From Patescibacteria group bacterium UBA3530 (lineage in GTDB: Bacteria > Patescibacteriota > Minisyncoccia > Phycocordibacterales > UBA2100): 64,000 bases of DNA. Every line of letters starts with the position of its first letter. Position 1 is the first letter of the stretch. Location of the stretch: positions 1,340 through 65,339 of the forward strand of contig DFOX01000009.1 of the NCBI GenBank assembly GCA_002376945.1. Reading direction: 5' to 3'. The notes below the pieces were generated by a model that saw nothing but the letters and a program-made list of their open reading frames with translations, was not told the DNA's origin and made no database searches. Of the stretch, positions 19,732-27,471 are shown one piece after another. Position numbers and translations under genes: made by a program.

Positions 19732-19827
19732 ATGTCGCAGAAGAATCGGAAACAACGATTCGTTCCAGGATGGCCCCGGTGGCTGAGCTACCACATGATG
19801 TTCTGGAACACAGCGAAAGTGAGGTGA
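19732..19827 (+). CDS. Putative 31-aa small protein MSQKNRKQRFVPGWPRWLSYHMMFWNTAKVR
   Basis: GGAGG SD 5 nt before ATG, with a promoter upstream and a terminator downstream. Too short for the ORF track. Confidence 0.4.
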   Translation: MSQKNRKQRFVPGWPRWLSYHMMFWNTAKVR

Positions 19828-19862
19828 TCCCATCTCGCCCTTCAGTGCGATAACTGAAGAAC

Positions 19863-19900
19863 AAAGACCGCAGCGTTTTTGCTGCGGTCGTCTTTCGTTT
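19863..19900 (+). terminator. Intrinsic terminator
   Basis: GACCGCAGC-GTTTTT-GCTGCGGTC followed by a T-rich run. Confidence 0.6.
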
Positions 19901-19917
19901 TGTGCTAGCATAATCGT

Positions 19918-20733
19918 ATGAGAATAGTTTCATGGAATGTGAACGGATTGCGCGCAGTCCACCGGAAAGAAAAGTGGAAGGATGTGTTTGCATTAAAGCC
20001 GGACATTCTGTGTTTACAGGAAATAAAAGCACAAGAAGATCAGTTGCCGAACGAGGTACGCGAGGTTCCAGGATTCTATGCATACTTCAATTCATCAAAA
20101 ATCAAGAAGGGATATGCAGGCACCGCTTTGTACTCAAAACAGAAACCACTGCGCGTTTCATTTGAATTGCCGAAAGAGATAACGAGCAAACATAATCTAC
20201 ACAGTGATTCGTATGGAGATCCAAATAGAGAAGGACGAGTCATCACTGCAGAATTTCCGGAATTTTTTGTAGTCACGGTATACACACCAAATGCAAAAGA
20301 TGACCTTTCAAGACTGAAGCTCAGACATAATCAATGGGATCCTGCTTTTCTTGATCACTGTGTAACGCTACAGAGCAAGAAACCGGTAATTTTTTGCGGT
20401 GATTTAAATGTAGCTCATATGCCTATTGATTTAGCACGACCGAAAGAAAATGAAGGAAGTAAAGGGTACACCACAGAAGAGCGAGCGGGTATAGATAATA
20501 TGATTGAAGAGGGATTTATCGACACACTCAGAGCTGTCAATAGTAGCGAACATCTCTACACTTGGTGGAGTCCTTGGAGTGGTGCGCGAGAGAAAAATGT
20601 GGGATGGAGAATCGATTATGTGTTTGCCAGCCAAGATCTTGAGGAGATATTGGAAGATGCGGCGGTGCATACGGACATATATGGCTCGGATCACTGCCCT
20701 GTATCGGCGAACTTTGTCCTTGAGAATTCTTAA
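19918..20733 (+). CDS. xth: Exodeoxyribonuclease III (AP endonuclease)
   Basis: SWNVNGLRA, LQEIK, GDLNVAH, GWRIDY and SDHCPV motifs. Confidence 0.95.
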   Translation: MRIVSWNVNGLRAVHRKEKWKDVFALKPDILCLQEIKAQEDQLPNEVREVPGFYAYFNSSKIKKGYAGTALYSKQKPLRVSFELPKEITSKHNLHSDSYGDPNREGRVITAEFPEFFVVTVYTPNAKDDLSRLKLRHNQWDPAFLDHCVTLQSKKPVIFCGDLNVAHMPIDLARPKENEGSKGYTTEERAGIDNMIEEGFIDTLRAVNSSEHLYTWWSPWSGAREKNVGWRIDYVFASQDLEEILEDAAVHTDIYGSDHCPVSANFVLENS

Positions 20734-20756
20734 GGACATAAAGTTCTTAAGGACAT
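20714..20756. repeat. ATGTCCTTDA motif cluster A
   Basis: AAGGACAT at 20732 and 20749 (TTCTTAAGGACAT direct repeat), plus TTGTCCTTGA at 20714. Confidence 0.8.
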
Positions 20757-21102
20757 GGAACACAGATATCCCCAAGAGTTTCGGGACTATTGCGGTGTCA
20801 AGGGTATACTAATAGGTAGCCAAACTGTTCATTTGAAAGTTCTTTTCCGATCTTTTAGTTGTCGTGTCATTCGTGTATTGCACAAAACAACATACACACA
20901 CAACTCTTAATCAGGCCATGCGCCTCAAAAGTAAACGCGATGTAAACGTTATACTTTACTGGTAAGGAGCACTCTTCTTACCTCATCGCACGAAAGACAC
21001 AGCAAAAACCGTCGTTAGGATTCTTGAGATTTACAGAAAAAAAGGACGTAAATCCCAATTATAGAGTTTTATATCGAGACCGCCTTTGGGCGGTTTTTGC
21101 GT

Positions 21103-22566
21103 TTAGGCAACGTGGTGCTTTCTGCGAAGAGCTTCAATTTCTTGCATGTCTGCTTGCTCACCTTTTTCTTTTCCTTGCTCTCCCAATTGCTGCAATTCTG
21201 CAACGGGGAGTTTTGATAATTCGGTAGCTCGACGGTGAAGATACTCGGACGTGTTTCTGGACGGATCATCAAGCACTTCCTCAAGAAGGGCATGCAAAAT
21301 CCAACCCACTTTTGGACCGGGACCATCTTTGAGTATGTTGATAATGTTCTCACCGTTTATCTCCAACAGAGCAACCGATATGGGATCTCGAAGTGCCTCA
21401 TCAACCATGGATTTATATTTACGAAAACGGAACGGTTGTTCTTTCGGTCTTCCGGTACCGATACGATCACATGTTCGAAGCTCAAGGAGTTCTTCAATAT
21501 GCTCGGTACCAACATTTCGAATCATCCGTCGAACCGCACTGAGAGTAATGTGATCAGGGTCAGCAAAGAACATATGCCATCGCACGAGTCGCTCAACAAT
21601 CCGCGTGGTGTCTTTTGGGAACTTGAGATCATTCATGATTCGCTTTGTCATTCTTGCTCCGATGACCTCGTGTCCATGAAAGGTGGGCTCGTTTCTTTGC
21701 TGGTCCATTCTTTTACTTGCCGGTTTACCGATGTCGTGCAGTAATGCAGCCAGACGCACCTCCAAAGAATATTCTTTATCTGCCGCATGTTGCAAGCTTC
21801 GCATGAGATGTTCGAACACATCAAATGAATGAGCTTGTGTTTGTGTACATCCTATCCCCTCCTCGAGTTCCGGGATGATGTGTGTAAGAAGTCCCAGTCT
21901 TTGGGCAATGAAGAGTGCTTGCATCGGATTTTTTGATTCAACGATGCGTATGAGCTCATCCCGTATCCTTTCCTTTGATACTTTCTGTAGTAAGGATGCA
22001 TGTTCTGCAATGGCGACAGCTGTTTCTGAATCGATCGTAAAGTTCAGTTCCGCCGCTAGACGAATTGCGCGGAGCATACGCAGTGCGTCTTCTGAAAAAC
22101 GATCTGCAGCTTTACCAACAGCAGATATTCTTTGCAATCGTATTGCTTCTTCACCATTGTAGGGGTCTACCAAAATGTCTTTGGTTGGGTTGTATGCAAT
22201 GGCATTCATGGTGAAATCTCGACGTTTCAAATCATCTTCGATATGCTCACTGAAAGTTATTTCGTCCGGGTGTCGTGCATTACTGTATGTCGACTCAATT
22301 CTATACGGAGTTATTTCTATAACCGTAAGTGTACTATCCTCAGATTCTGTCTTTACCCCAACGGTACCAAAGTCGTTTTCGTAGAATGAGTCAGGAAATA
22401 TCTCCTGAATTTTTTCAGGATGTGCATTGGTGGTTATATCCCAATCTTTTGGAACTGTTCCACGAAAGAGGTCACGGGTACATCCCCCGACCATATATGC
22501 TTCGAATCCGGCCATTTCCAATTGAGTGATAGCTGAAAGTACTTCAGATGGAATATCGTGTTTCAT
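21103..22566 (-). CDS. cca: CCA tRNA nucleotidyltransferase with HD domain
   Basis: VGGCTRD...DWD, RRDFTMNA, EDALRMLRAIR and LLHDIGKP motifs. The tRNAs in this window lack an encoded CCA. Confidence 0.85.
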   Translation of the reverse strand: MKHDIPSEVLSAITQLEMAGFEAYMVGGCTRDLFRGTVPKDWDITTNAHPEKIQEIFPDSFYENDFGTVGVKTESEDSTLTVIEITPYRIESTYSNARHPDEITFSEHIEDDLKRRDFTMNAIAYNPTKDILVDPYNGEEAIRLQRISAVGKAADRFSEDALRMLRAIRLAAELNFTIDSETAVAIAEHASLLQKVSKERIRDELIRIVESKNPMQALFIAQRLGLLTHIIPELEEGIGCTQTQAHSFDVFEHLMRSLQHAADKEYSLEVRLAALLHDIGKPASKRMDQQRNEPTFHGHEVIGARMTKRIMNDLKFPKDTTRIVERLVRWHMFFADPDHITLSAVRRMIRNVGTEHIEELLELRTCDRIGTGRPKEQPFRFRKYKSMVDEALRDPISVALLEINGENIINILKDGPGPKVGWILHALLEEVLDDPSRNTSEYLHRRATELSKLPVAELQQLGEQGKEKGEQADMQEIEALRRKHHVA

Positions 22567-22626
22567 GCCTTAATTGTAGTATAACCATTGCCAAGAGGCG
22601 AATTTACCGTATGATTGCTCCTATCT

Positions 22627-22699
22627 GCACCCGTGGCTTAATGGATAGAGCATCGGTCTTCGGAACCGAGGGTTGGGGGTTCGAATCCCTCCGGGTGCA
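22627..22699 (+). tRNA. tRNA-Arg(TCG)
   Basis: Acceptor stem GCACCCG/CGGGTGC, anticodon arm TCGGT-CTTCGGA-ACCGA, T-loop GTTCGAATC. Confidence 0.95.
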
Positions 22700-22763
22700 C
22701 TACAACCTTGCACTCAAGGGGTATACATCTTACCCTGATAGACAGGATGGAAAGGAGAGGGAT

Positions 22764-23351
22764 ATGTTCCTGATGAGATTCATGTGGCTGCGCATCGTGG
22801 CGCTAGTTCTTTTTTTGGAACCAGCGCATGCTCAAATGCAACCAATGGTTACCGAGTGTGTGCAGCGGAGTGTGGGAGGAGTTCTTGCAGGGACGGTACT
22901 CCCCAGCTCCATTGTCGACATACCCAAACTCACCTACCGTGTTTTGGGAGGTGGATGGAAGTATCGTGTGCCGCAAGATATCACTCCACAGGTGTTTTTG
23001 CGCAACATGCAGAAGATAATTGCACGAGCACTCGATGGTAAGGCGCGCGAAAACAGAGTGCGCTTCAAGGGATTGCAAGTCGTTCCGCAACGTGCAATTG
23101 AAACAAAAAAGGATGTTTTTCGGATCACGGGTTCAATCTTTATACCGTCAAGTGATCAGGACTCCTATGGCGGGTGGTATCGGTTTCAAGTCAACGTACG
23201 AGTCGAGTTGTTGCAGTATGTGTGCACCATGTACAGCTTCAGCATCGAAGGTTTTGTCACGCTCAGGTCCCTGACACGTAGCCTACCAGAGGTGCGAAAC
23301 TATCTTCGCCAGTATGGAATGATTGATGGCGATATGATTTTGAACCGGTAA
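22764..23351 (+). CDS. Orphan secreted hypothetical protein
   Basis: AGGAGAGG SD and signal peptide ending AHA-Q; terminator hairpin at about 23366-23391. Confidence 0.65.
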   Translation: MFLMRFMWLRIVALVLFLEPAHAQMQPMVTECVQRSVGGVLAGTVLPSSIVDIPKLTYRVLGGGWKYRVPQDITPQVFLRNMQKIIARALDGKARENRVRFKGLQVVPQRAIETKKDVFRITGSIFIPSSDQDSYGGWYRFQVNVRVELLQYVCTMYSFSIEGFVTLRSLTRSLPEVRNYLRQYGMIDGDMILNR

Positions 23352-23438
23352 TGATGAACATTACAAAGCAGCCCCCATGTGGGCTGTTTTGCTTGTCAAT
23401 TGCATACACACAAATATCAGATATACTCAGCACATCTT

Positions 23439-23509
23439 GCGGCTATGGTTAAGTGGTATAACAGGTCCTTGCCAAGGATCAGTCGGGAGTTCGATTCTCC
23501 CTAGCCGCA
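23439..23509 (+). tRNA. tRNA-Gly(GCC)
   Basis: Acceptor GCGGCTA/TAGCCGC, anticodon loop TTGCCAA, GTTCGATTC. Confidence 0.95.
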
Positions 23510-23574
23510 CAGTACACAAAACTCACAATTCGAAACAGATAAAATTATGAAAATACGGGCTCAAATACCGCTTC

Positions 23575-23707
23575 ATGTCCTTAAGATGAGGTATAAAGGA
23601 CAAAAAATGGGTATAACTATGGGGATAATGTGCATAACGGACAAATGTAAAGGACATAAAATGTCCTTTATCCCCAAAAATGTCCTTTATCAACAGATTT
23701 ATACCCA
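23575..23707. other. Candidate replication origin: DnaA-box cluster interleaved with ATGTCCTTDA motif (cluster B)
   Basis: TGGGTATAA 23608, TGGGGATAA 23620, TGTGCATAA 23629, TTATCCCCA 23668, TTATCAACA 23687 and TTATACCCA 23699, each 1 mismatch from TTATC/ACACA. Four exact ATGTCCTT copies are interleaved. Confidence 0.6.
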
Positions 23708-23770
23708 ACTTTCCCAACAAGTAGTTTCTTAAGAAACAAAAGTGCCAATTTGCTGCCCATCAAAGCAAAC

Positions 23771-23786
23771 TATTTCACGTGAAAAT
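23771..23786. promoter_or_regulatory. parS-like palindrome
   Basis: taTTTCACGTGAAAat versus consensus TGTTTCACGTGAAACA. Confidence 0.65.
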
Positions 23787-23830
23787 GCTGGCATTCTAAA
23801 ATAATGAAGCGGTAGGATGCAGCAGTACCT

Positions 23831-23846
23831 GTTTTCACGTGAAAGC
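23831..23846. promoter_or_regulatory. parS-like palindrome
   Basis: gtTTTCACGTGAAAgc. Confidence 0.65.
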
Positions 23847-23849
23847 AAA

Positions 23850-24638
23850 TTATATATTGTATGAGAAGTGCTTGTGCTTTATGATGTGTCCGCAATGTTT
23901 GCAGTGTGTGGAGTCAACATCATGTGCACTTAAGCCACACTCGGTGCACGTGTAGTGTATTTTCGCCCCTCTAAAGATGGTTCTGGTGAGTTGCAGGAAC
24001 AGGGTAATACCTATAAGCATAGCTGCTACGGATAGCAATTTACCCCAAGGACCGGTAGCCGTTACATCACCGTAACCAGTTGTGGTCAGCGTCGATACGG
24101 TGAAATACAGTGCGTCCAAATAGGTATTTATATACGGATTGAATTGTGACTCGGCGACAAATACTATGGCAGTCATTATGGCGAGAAATACCAAAAAGTT
24201 CAAAATACTTACCAATGTAGCTCTGTATTGAGCAACCGCCTTACTTTCTTTCTTAAGAAGTTGGAGAATGTAATATGTTCGCAATACTTTCAGCGAGCGA
24301 AGTATTCTCAAAAGTGCCAGATTTCCTACAAGCAGTGGTGCAAATAGGGAGATAATCACGAGTACATCAATGATACTGAATGGATCGGTCAAAAACGGTA
24401 GTCTGCGTGGGGTTATCCATAACCGCGCGGCGTATTCAATTAGGAAGAGCACACCGAATATGAGCTCAAGCGTGCGCACTGCACTATGTCCAGGAAAGAG
24501 GTATTCCAATGCGAAAATTCCGAATACGGCAATATTGAGGAAGATGAGAATGCGATTAAAAAGAATACTCTTCCGCGAACGTCTGTGAAAGAGGGTTATA
24601 AGAAATGCTTTGAGAGAGCCATGGGAGCGCTTTGCCAT
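23850..24638 (-). CDS. Voltage-gated-type potassium channel (ion transporter) with C-terminal Zn ribbon
   Basis: Six TMs, S4-like LRILRSLKVLR, pore TTTGYGD, and CTECG...CKHCG. Confidence 0.9.
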   Translation of the reverse strand: MAKRSHGSLKAFLITLFHRRSRKSILFNRILIFLNIAVFGIFALEYLFPGHSAVRTLELIFGVLFLIEYAARLWITPRRLPFLTDPFSIIDVLVIISLFAPLLVGNLALLRILRSLKVLRTYYILQLLKKESKAVAQYRATLVSILNFLVFLAIMTAIVFVAESQFNPYINTYLDALYFTVSTLTTTGYGDVTATGPWGKLLSVAAMLIGITLFLQLTRTIFRGAKIHYTCTECGLSAHDVDSTHCKHCGHIIKHKHFSYNI

Positions 24639-24653
24639 GAGGATATGCTACCA

Positions 24654-24671
24654 TGTTTTCACGTGAAAACA
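24654..24671. promoter_or_regulatory. parS-like palindrome
   Basis: Perfect 18-bp palindrome TGTTTTCACGTGAAAACA. Confidence 0.7.
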
Positions 24672-24715
24672 GCACCGAAGAGAGTATATGTGGGTATATT
24701 CGTTACGAATGTATA

Positions 24716-24782
24716 AAGGACATTAATTTCTACATGTCCTTTATAATAATGTCCTTGAAGATGTCCTTAAGAATGTCCTTGA
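24716..24782. repeat. ATGTCCTTDA motif cluster C
   Basis: One inverted copy (24716) and four direct copies (24734, 24749, 24761, 24773) spaced 15/12/12 bp. Confidence 0.85.
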
Positions 24783-24847
24783 GAATACAAGGGGAGTGGT
24801 GATTGGCGAAAATTACGGATGTGTGCAATAATGGCGCGGCAAACGCA

Positions 24848-24918
24848 CGGGGCGTAGCATAATGGTAGTGTACTCGCTTTGGGAGCGAGCGGCCCGAGTT
24901 CGATTCTCGGCGTCCCGA
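24848..24918 (+). tRNA. tRNA-Pro(TGG)
   Basis: Acceptor CGGGGCG/CGTCCCG, anticodon arm CTCGC-TTTGGGA-GCGAG, GTTCGATTC. Confidence 0.93.
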
Positions 24919-26001
24919 CTAGAACGGATACATTTCTAACAAGTAGGGAATTGAATATTTTTCAAATAGATCAACTTTGTTTTGAAAATCTCCTTCCTGA
25001 AGAAATTGGAGAAGTGTCATTCCTTTGTGCTTGCGGAGACTATTGTCTATATGCGCCATTGTTATCGCTCGAAGATCTCGTTCGGCGGTGGTGGCACCCA
25101 ATGTACTGGTCACCACTATTCCTATGAGCTTATTCCACTGATTTACCACAGCTCCTCCGGAAGCTCCTCCTTGTGCTACAACAGAGCCGCCCAGCGATAG
25201 AACGTCAATCGTTGATTCAGCGAAAGTGAAAACTTCACGAATCACAATGGATGCTGAACTAGGCCACAAATTGCGCTGAAGTGTCGCCAATCCGAGAAAA
25301 CCAGCCGGATACGCTGCTACGATTACGGGATTTTTATCGTTGGCAGCACGCTGTCGTGGATCAAATGAGATAAACGGGAACGATACTGGTAATGGTGAAC
25401 CATCAATACGTGTTGTTATGAAAAGAAGTGCCCAGTCATCTTCCCCTGTACCGGTAACAACTTCATCTTTTATATATTGTGCATTGAGTTCCACCCATGA
25501 ATTGGGCAGAGCGAGCACTTTTGCCTTATAAAGTGATTTTGCAGGGGATCCCATACGGACTACACACGACTCTGGATACGTTTTGTGGCTCTCCAAGAGC
25601 ACATATTGAGCCACATGGGCGTTGGTAAGTATGACACCGCGTGGATCTATGATAACACCACTTCCAGTTGCACCTCCGATGGGAGATCCGGCGGAGTTTG
25701 CACAGAGTATACTTACCAGAGCGGGTAATACATTGTCATTTACCGCATCAAGTGGCATTGGAGGGTAATTGTATAAAGGAGTTTCTATTTCAACGGTTTC
25801 GATAACTACCTGCTCTTCTTCTTGTGGAGGAGTTGGTGCTATTTCTATGACATCTTCCTGTGCTGGTATTTCCTCAAATCGTTCCGTCGTAGATGTGGCG
25901 ACAGCGACGATTTCTGTAGGGATTATCGGAGTAGATTCCTTAAAATCCGCGTACCAAAATATTCCAAGCATTCCTAGTGTTACAGGTAAAACAAATCGCA
26001 T
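24919..26001 (-). CDS. Trypsin-like (HtrA-type, no PDZ) membrane-anchored serine protease
   Basis: GSGVIID..GVILTNAHV (His), DWAL (Asp), GASGG (Ser). Confidence 0.85.
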   Translation of the reverse strand: MRFVLPVTLGMLGIFWYADFKESTPIIPTEIVAVATSTTERFEEIPAQEDVIEIAPTPPQEEEQVVIETVEIETPLYNYPPMPLDAVNDNVLPALVSILCANSAGSPIGGATGSGVIIDPRGVILTNAHVAQYVLLESHKTYPESCVVRMGSPAKSLYKAKVLALPNSWVELNAQYIKDEVVTGTGEDDWALLFITTRIDGSPLPVSFPFISFDPRQRAANDKNPVIVAAYPAGFLGLATLQRNLWPSSASIVIREVFTFAESTIDVLSLGGSVVAQGGASGGAVVNQWNKLIGIVVTSTLGATTAERDLRAITMAHIDNSLRKHKGMTLLQFLQEGDFQNKVDLFEKYSIPYLLEMYPF

Positions 26002-26062
26002 GGGGAAATAGTAACATTTTGCTTGAGATCGCGTCGCTTTTTGTTACTATATTCGAATTACT

Positions 26063-26133
26063 GCGGGTGTAGTTTAGTGGTAGAATATCTGCCTTCCAAG
26101 CAGAGGACGGGAGTTCGATTCTCCCCACCCGCA
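26063..26133 (+). tRNA. tRNA-Gly(TCC)
   Basis: Acceptor GCGGGTG/CACCCGC, anticodon arm TCTGC-CTTCCAA-GCAGA. Confidence 0.95.
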
Positions 26134-26259
26134 CAATTTGCAACTTCTTGTTTTGAAAGCGCCTGACGGCGCGGAACATCGTCGAATAATTTAAGCAGGA
26201 CGTGATGAAGGTGTGTACGAATAGTTTCTACCCACAGAGCAACAGGGTATAATAAAAAT

Positions 26260-26532
26260 ATGAGCACTGTTCAATTTGATGAGCCCACATACAAATCGCC
26301 AGTTCGAAAGCAAAGCACCCAGCATCTTCTTGCAGACTTTTTAGTACGAAATAATCTGGCAAAAAATAATCAACAAGCTACCTATATGATATTGGGAATA
26401 GCGATATTGGCAATTATTATATCCCTGTGGATGATCAGCAGCTCGCGAAACGTCATAGAAAACCCGCCGCCTGAATTGATAGACGCTGAGCAACCCATAG
26501 GGGTATTACCACTATCTTCTCATCAGGTATGA
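26260..26532 (+). CDS. Small single-TM hypothetical protein
   Basis: 90 aa, TATAAT 6 nt upstream, stop overlaps the pilin start. Confidence 0.7.
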   Translation: MSTVQFDEPTYKSPVRKQSTQHLLADFLVRNNLAKNNQQATYMILGIAILAIIISLWMISSSRNVIENPPPELIDAEQPIGVLPLSSHQV

Positions 26533-27032
26533 AGCACAGTGCCACACGAGGATTCACCCTCATTGAACTATTGGTGGTCATTGCCATTATCGGACTCTTG
26601 TCTTCCACGGTGTTAGCGAGTATGAGCTCGGCAAGAAGCAAGGCACGAGACGCAAAAAGAAAATCCGACTTACGATCAGCCCAGACAGCGCTCGAGCTGT
26701 ACTACAGTGACTATGGAACATATCAGGTTGCAAATGCCGGATACAATAATGGTGGGAATGGGTGGTTTGCCCGGGATACGGGTTCATACGGCTTGTCGGT
26801 ATCACAAGCACTGTACAATGGAGGATATATTTCTACAGGAAGGGTAGAAGATCCGATCCAAGATCCAGGATACATGATTTACCTATGCGACGGAGGCCAA
26901 AGATACTCCTTGTCAGCAACACTAGAAAACCCTTCCGCAGAGGATATTGCGTACATACAGACAACATGCAATGGTATTGGTGGTAATGGAACGTATACTA
27001 GATACGGTAAGAATTACGCTGTGGGGTTCTAG
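26529..27032 (+). CDS. Type IV pilin / GspG-like pseudopilin
   Basis: Prepilin motif RG|FTLIELLVVIAIIGLL and ARDAKRKSDL. Confidence 0.92.
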   Translation: MKHSATRGFTLIELLVVIAIIGLLSSTVLASMSSARSKARDAKRKSDLRSAQTALELYYSDYGTYQVANAGYNNGGNGWFARDTGSYGLSVSQALYNGGYISTGRVEDPIQDPGYMIYLCDGGQRYSLSATLENPSAEDIAYIQTTCNGIGGNGTYTRYGKNYAVGF

Positions 27033-27093
27033 CGGTATGAGAAAATCCCGCCACATGGGCGGGATCTCCCCATACTATCGAGAGATAGCAAGT

Positions 27094-27366
27094 TTATTTC
27101 ACCGCGTCCTTAAGGGCCTTGGCTGCTCGGAATTTAGGCACGCGCATAGCTTGGATTTGAATCGCTTCACCAGTTCGTGGGTTACGTCCGGTGCGAGCGG
27201 CTCGCATCTTAGCTTCAAAGATTCCCAATCCCGCGATTGACACCTCGTCGCCGGACTTAAGTCCTTCAACGATTCCTTCAATTACGGCTTCAACAGCGCG
27301 TTCTGCGTCTGCTTTTGTGCCTCCAAGTACTCCGTGTACTTTGTCTGCAAGTGCTGCTTTATTCAT
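27094..27366 (-). CDS. hup: DNA-binding protein HU
   Basis: MNKAAL...GLGIFE...RAARTGRNPRTGE...PKFRAAKALKDAV. Confidence 0.95.
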   Translation of the reverse strand: MNKAALADKVHGVLGGTKADAERAVEAVIEGIVEGLKSGDEVSIAGLGIFEAKMRAARTGRNPRTGEAIQIQAMRVPKFRAAKALKDAVK

Positions 27367-27471
27367 AGTGATGTAATTAACTTGTAAATAAAGTCTGAAA
27401 ACATTATATACAGCGCTCTATTTTGCGCAATAGCGTTACACAAAGACCTTTTTTTGGGTTATACGTCAAGA

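Noticed and set aside
19702-20083. Minus-strand 69-aa and 123-aa ORFs
   Set aside because: They overlap xth or the terminator and have no start signals. The plus-strand promoter-SD-terminator unit explains the region better.
20760-21100. Possible gene or RNA in the xth-cca gap
   Set aside because: I found only very short ORFs and no convincing structure or promoter-terminator pair.
22548-22763. N-terminal extension of the 267-aa ORF
   Set aside because: It runs through tRNA-Arg. The start at 22764 has an SD and gives a signal peptide.
24716-24782. Possible CRISPR array or VNTR
   Set aside because: Units are only about 10 bp with 2-5 bp between them, occur in both orientations, and no cas genes are present. 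It fits protein-binding sites better.
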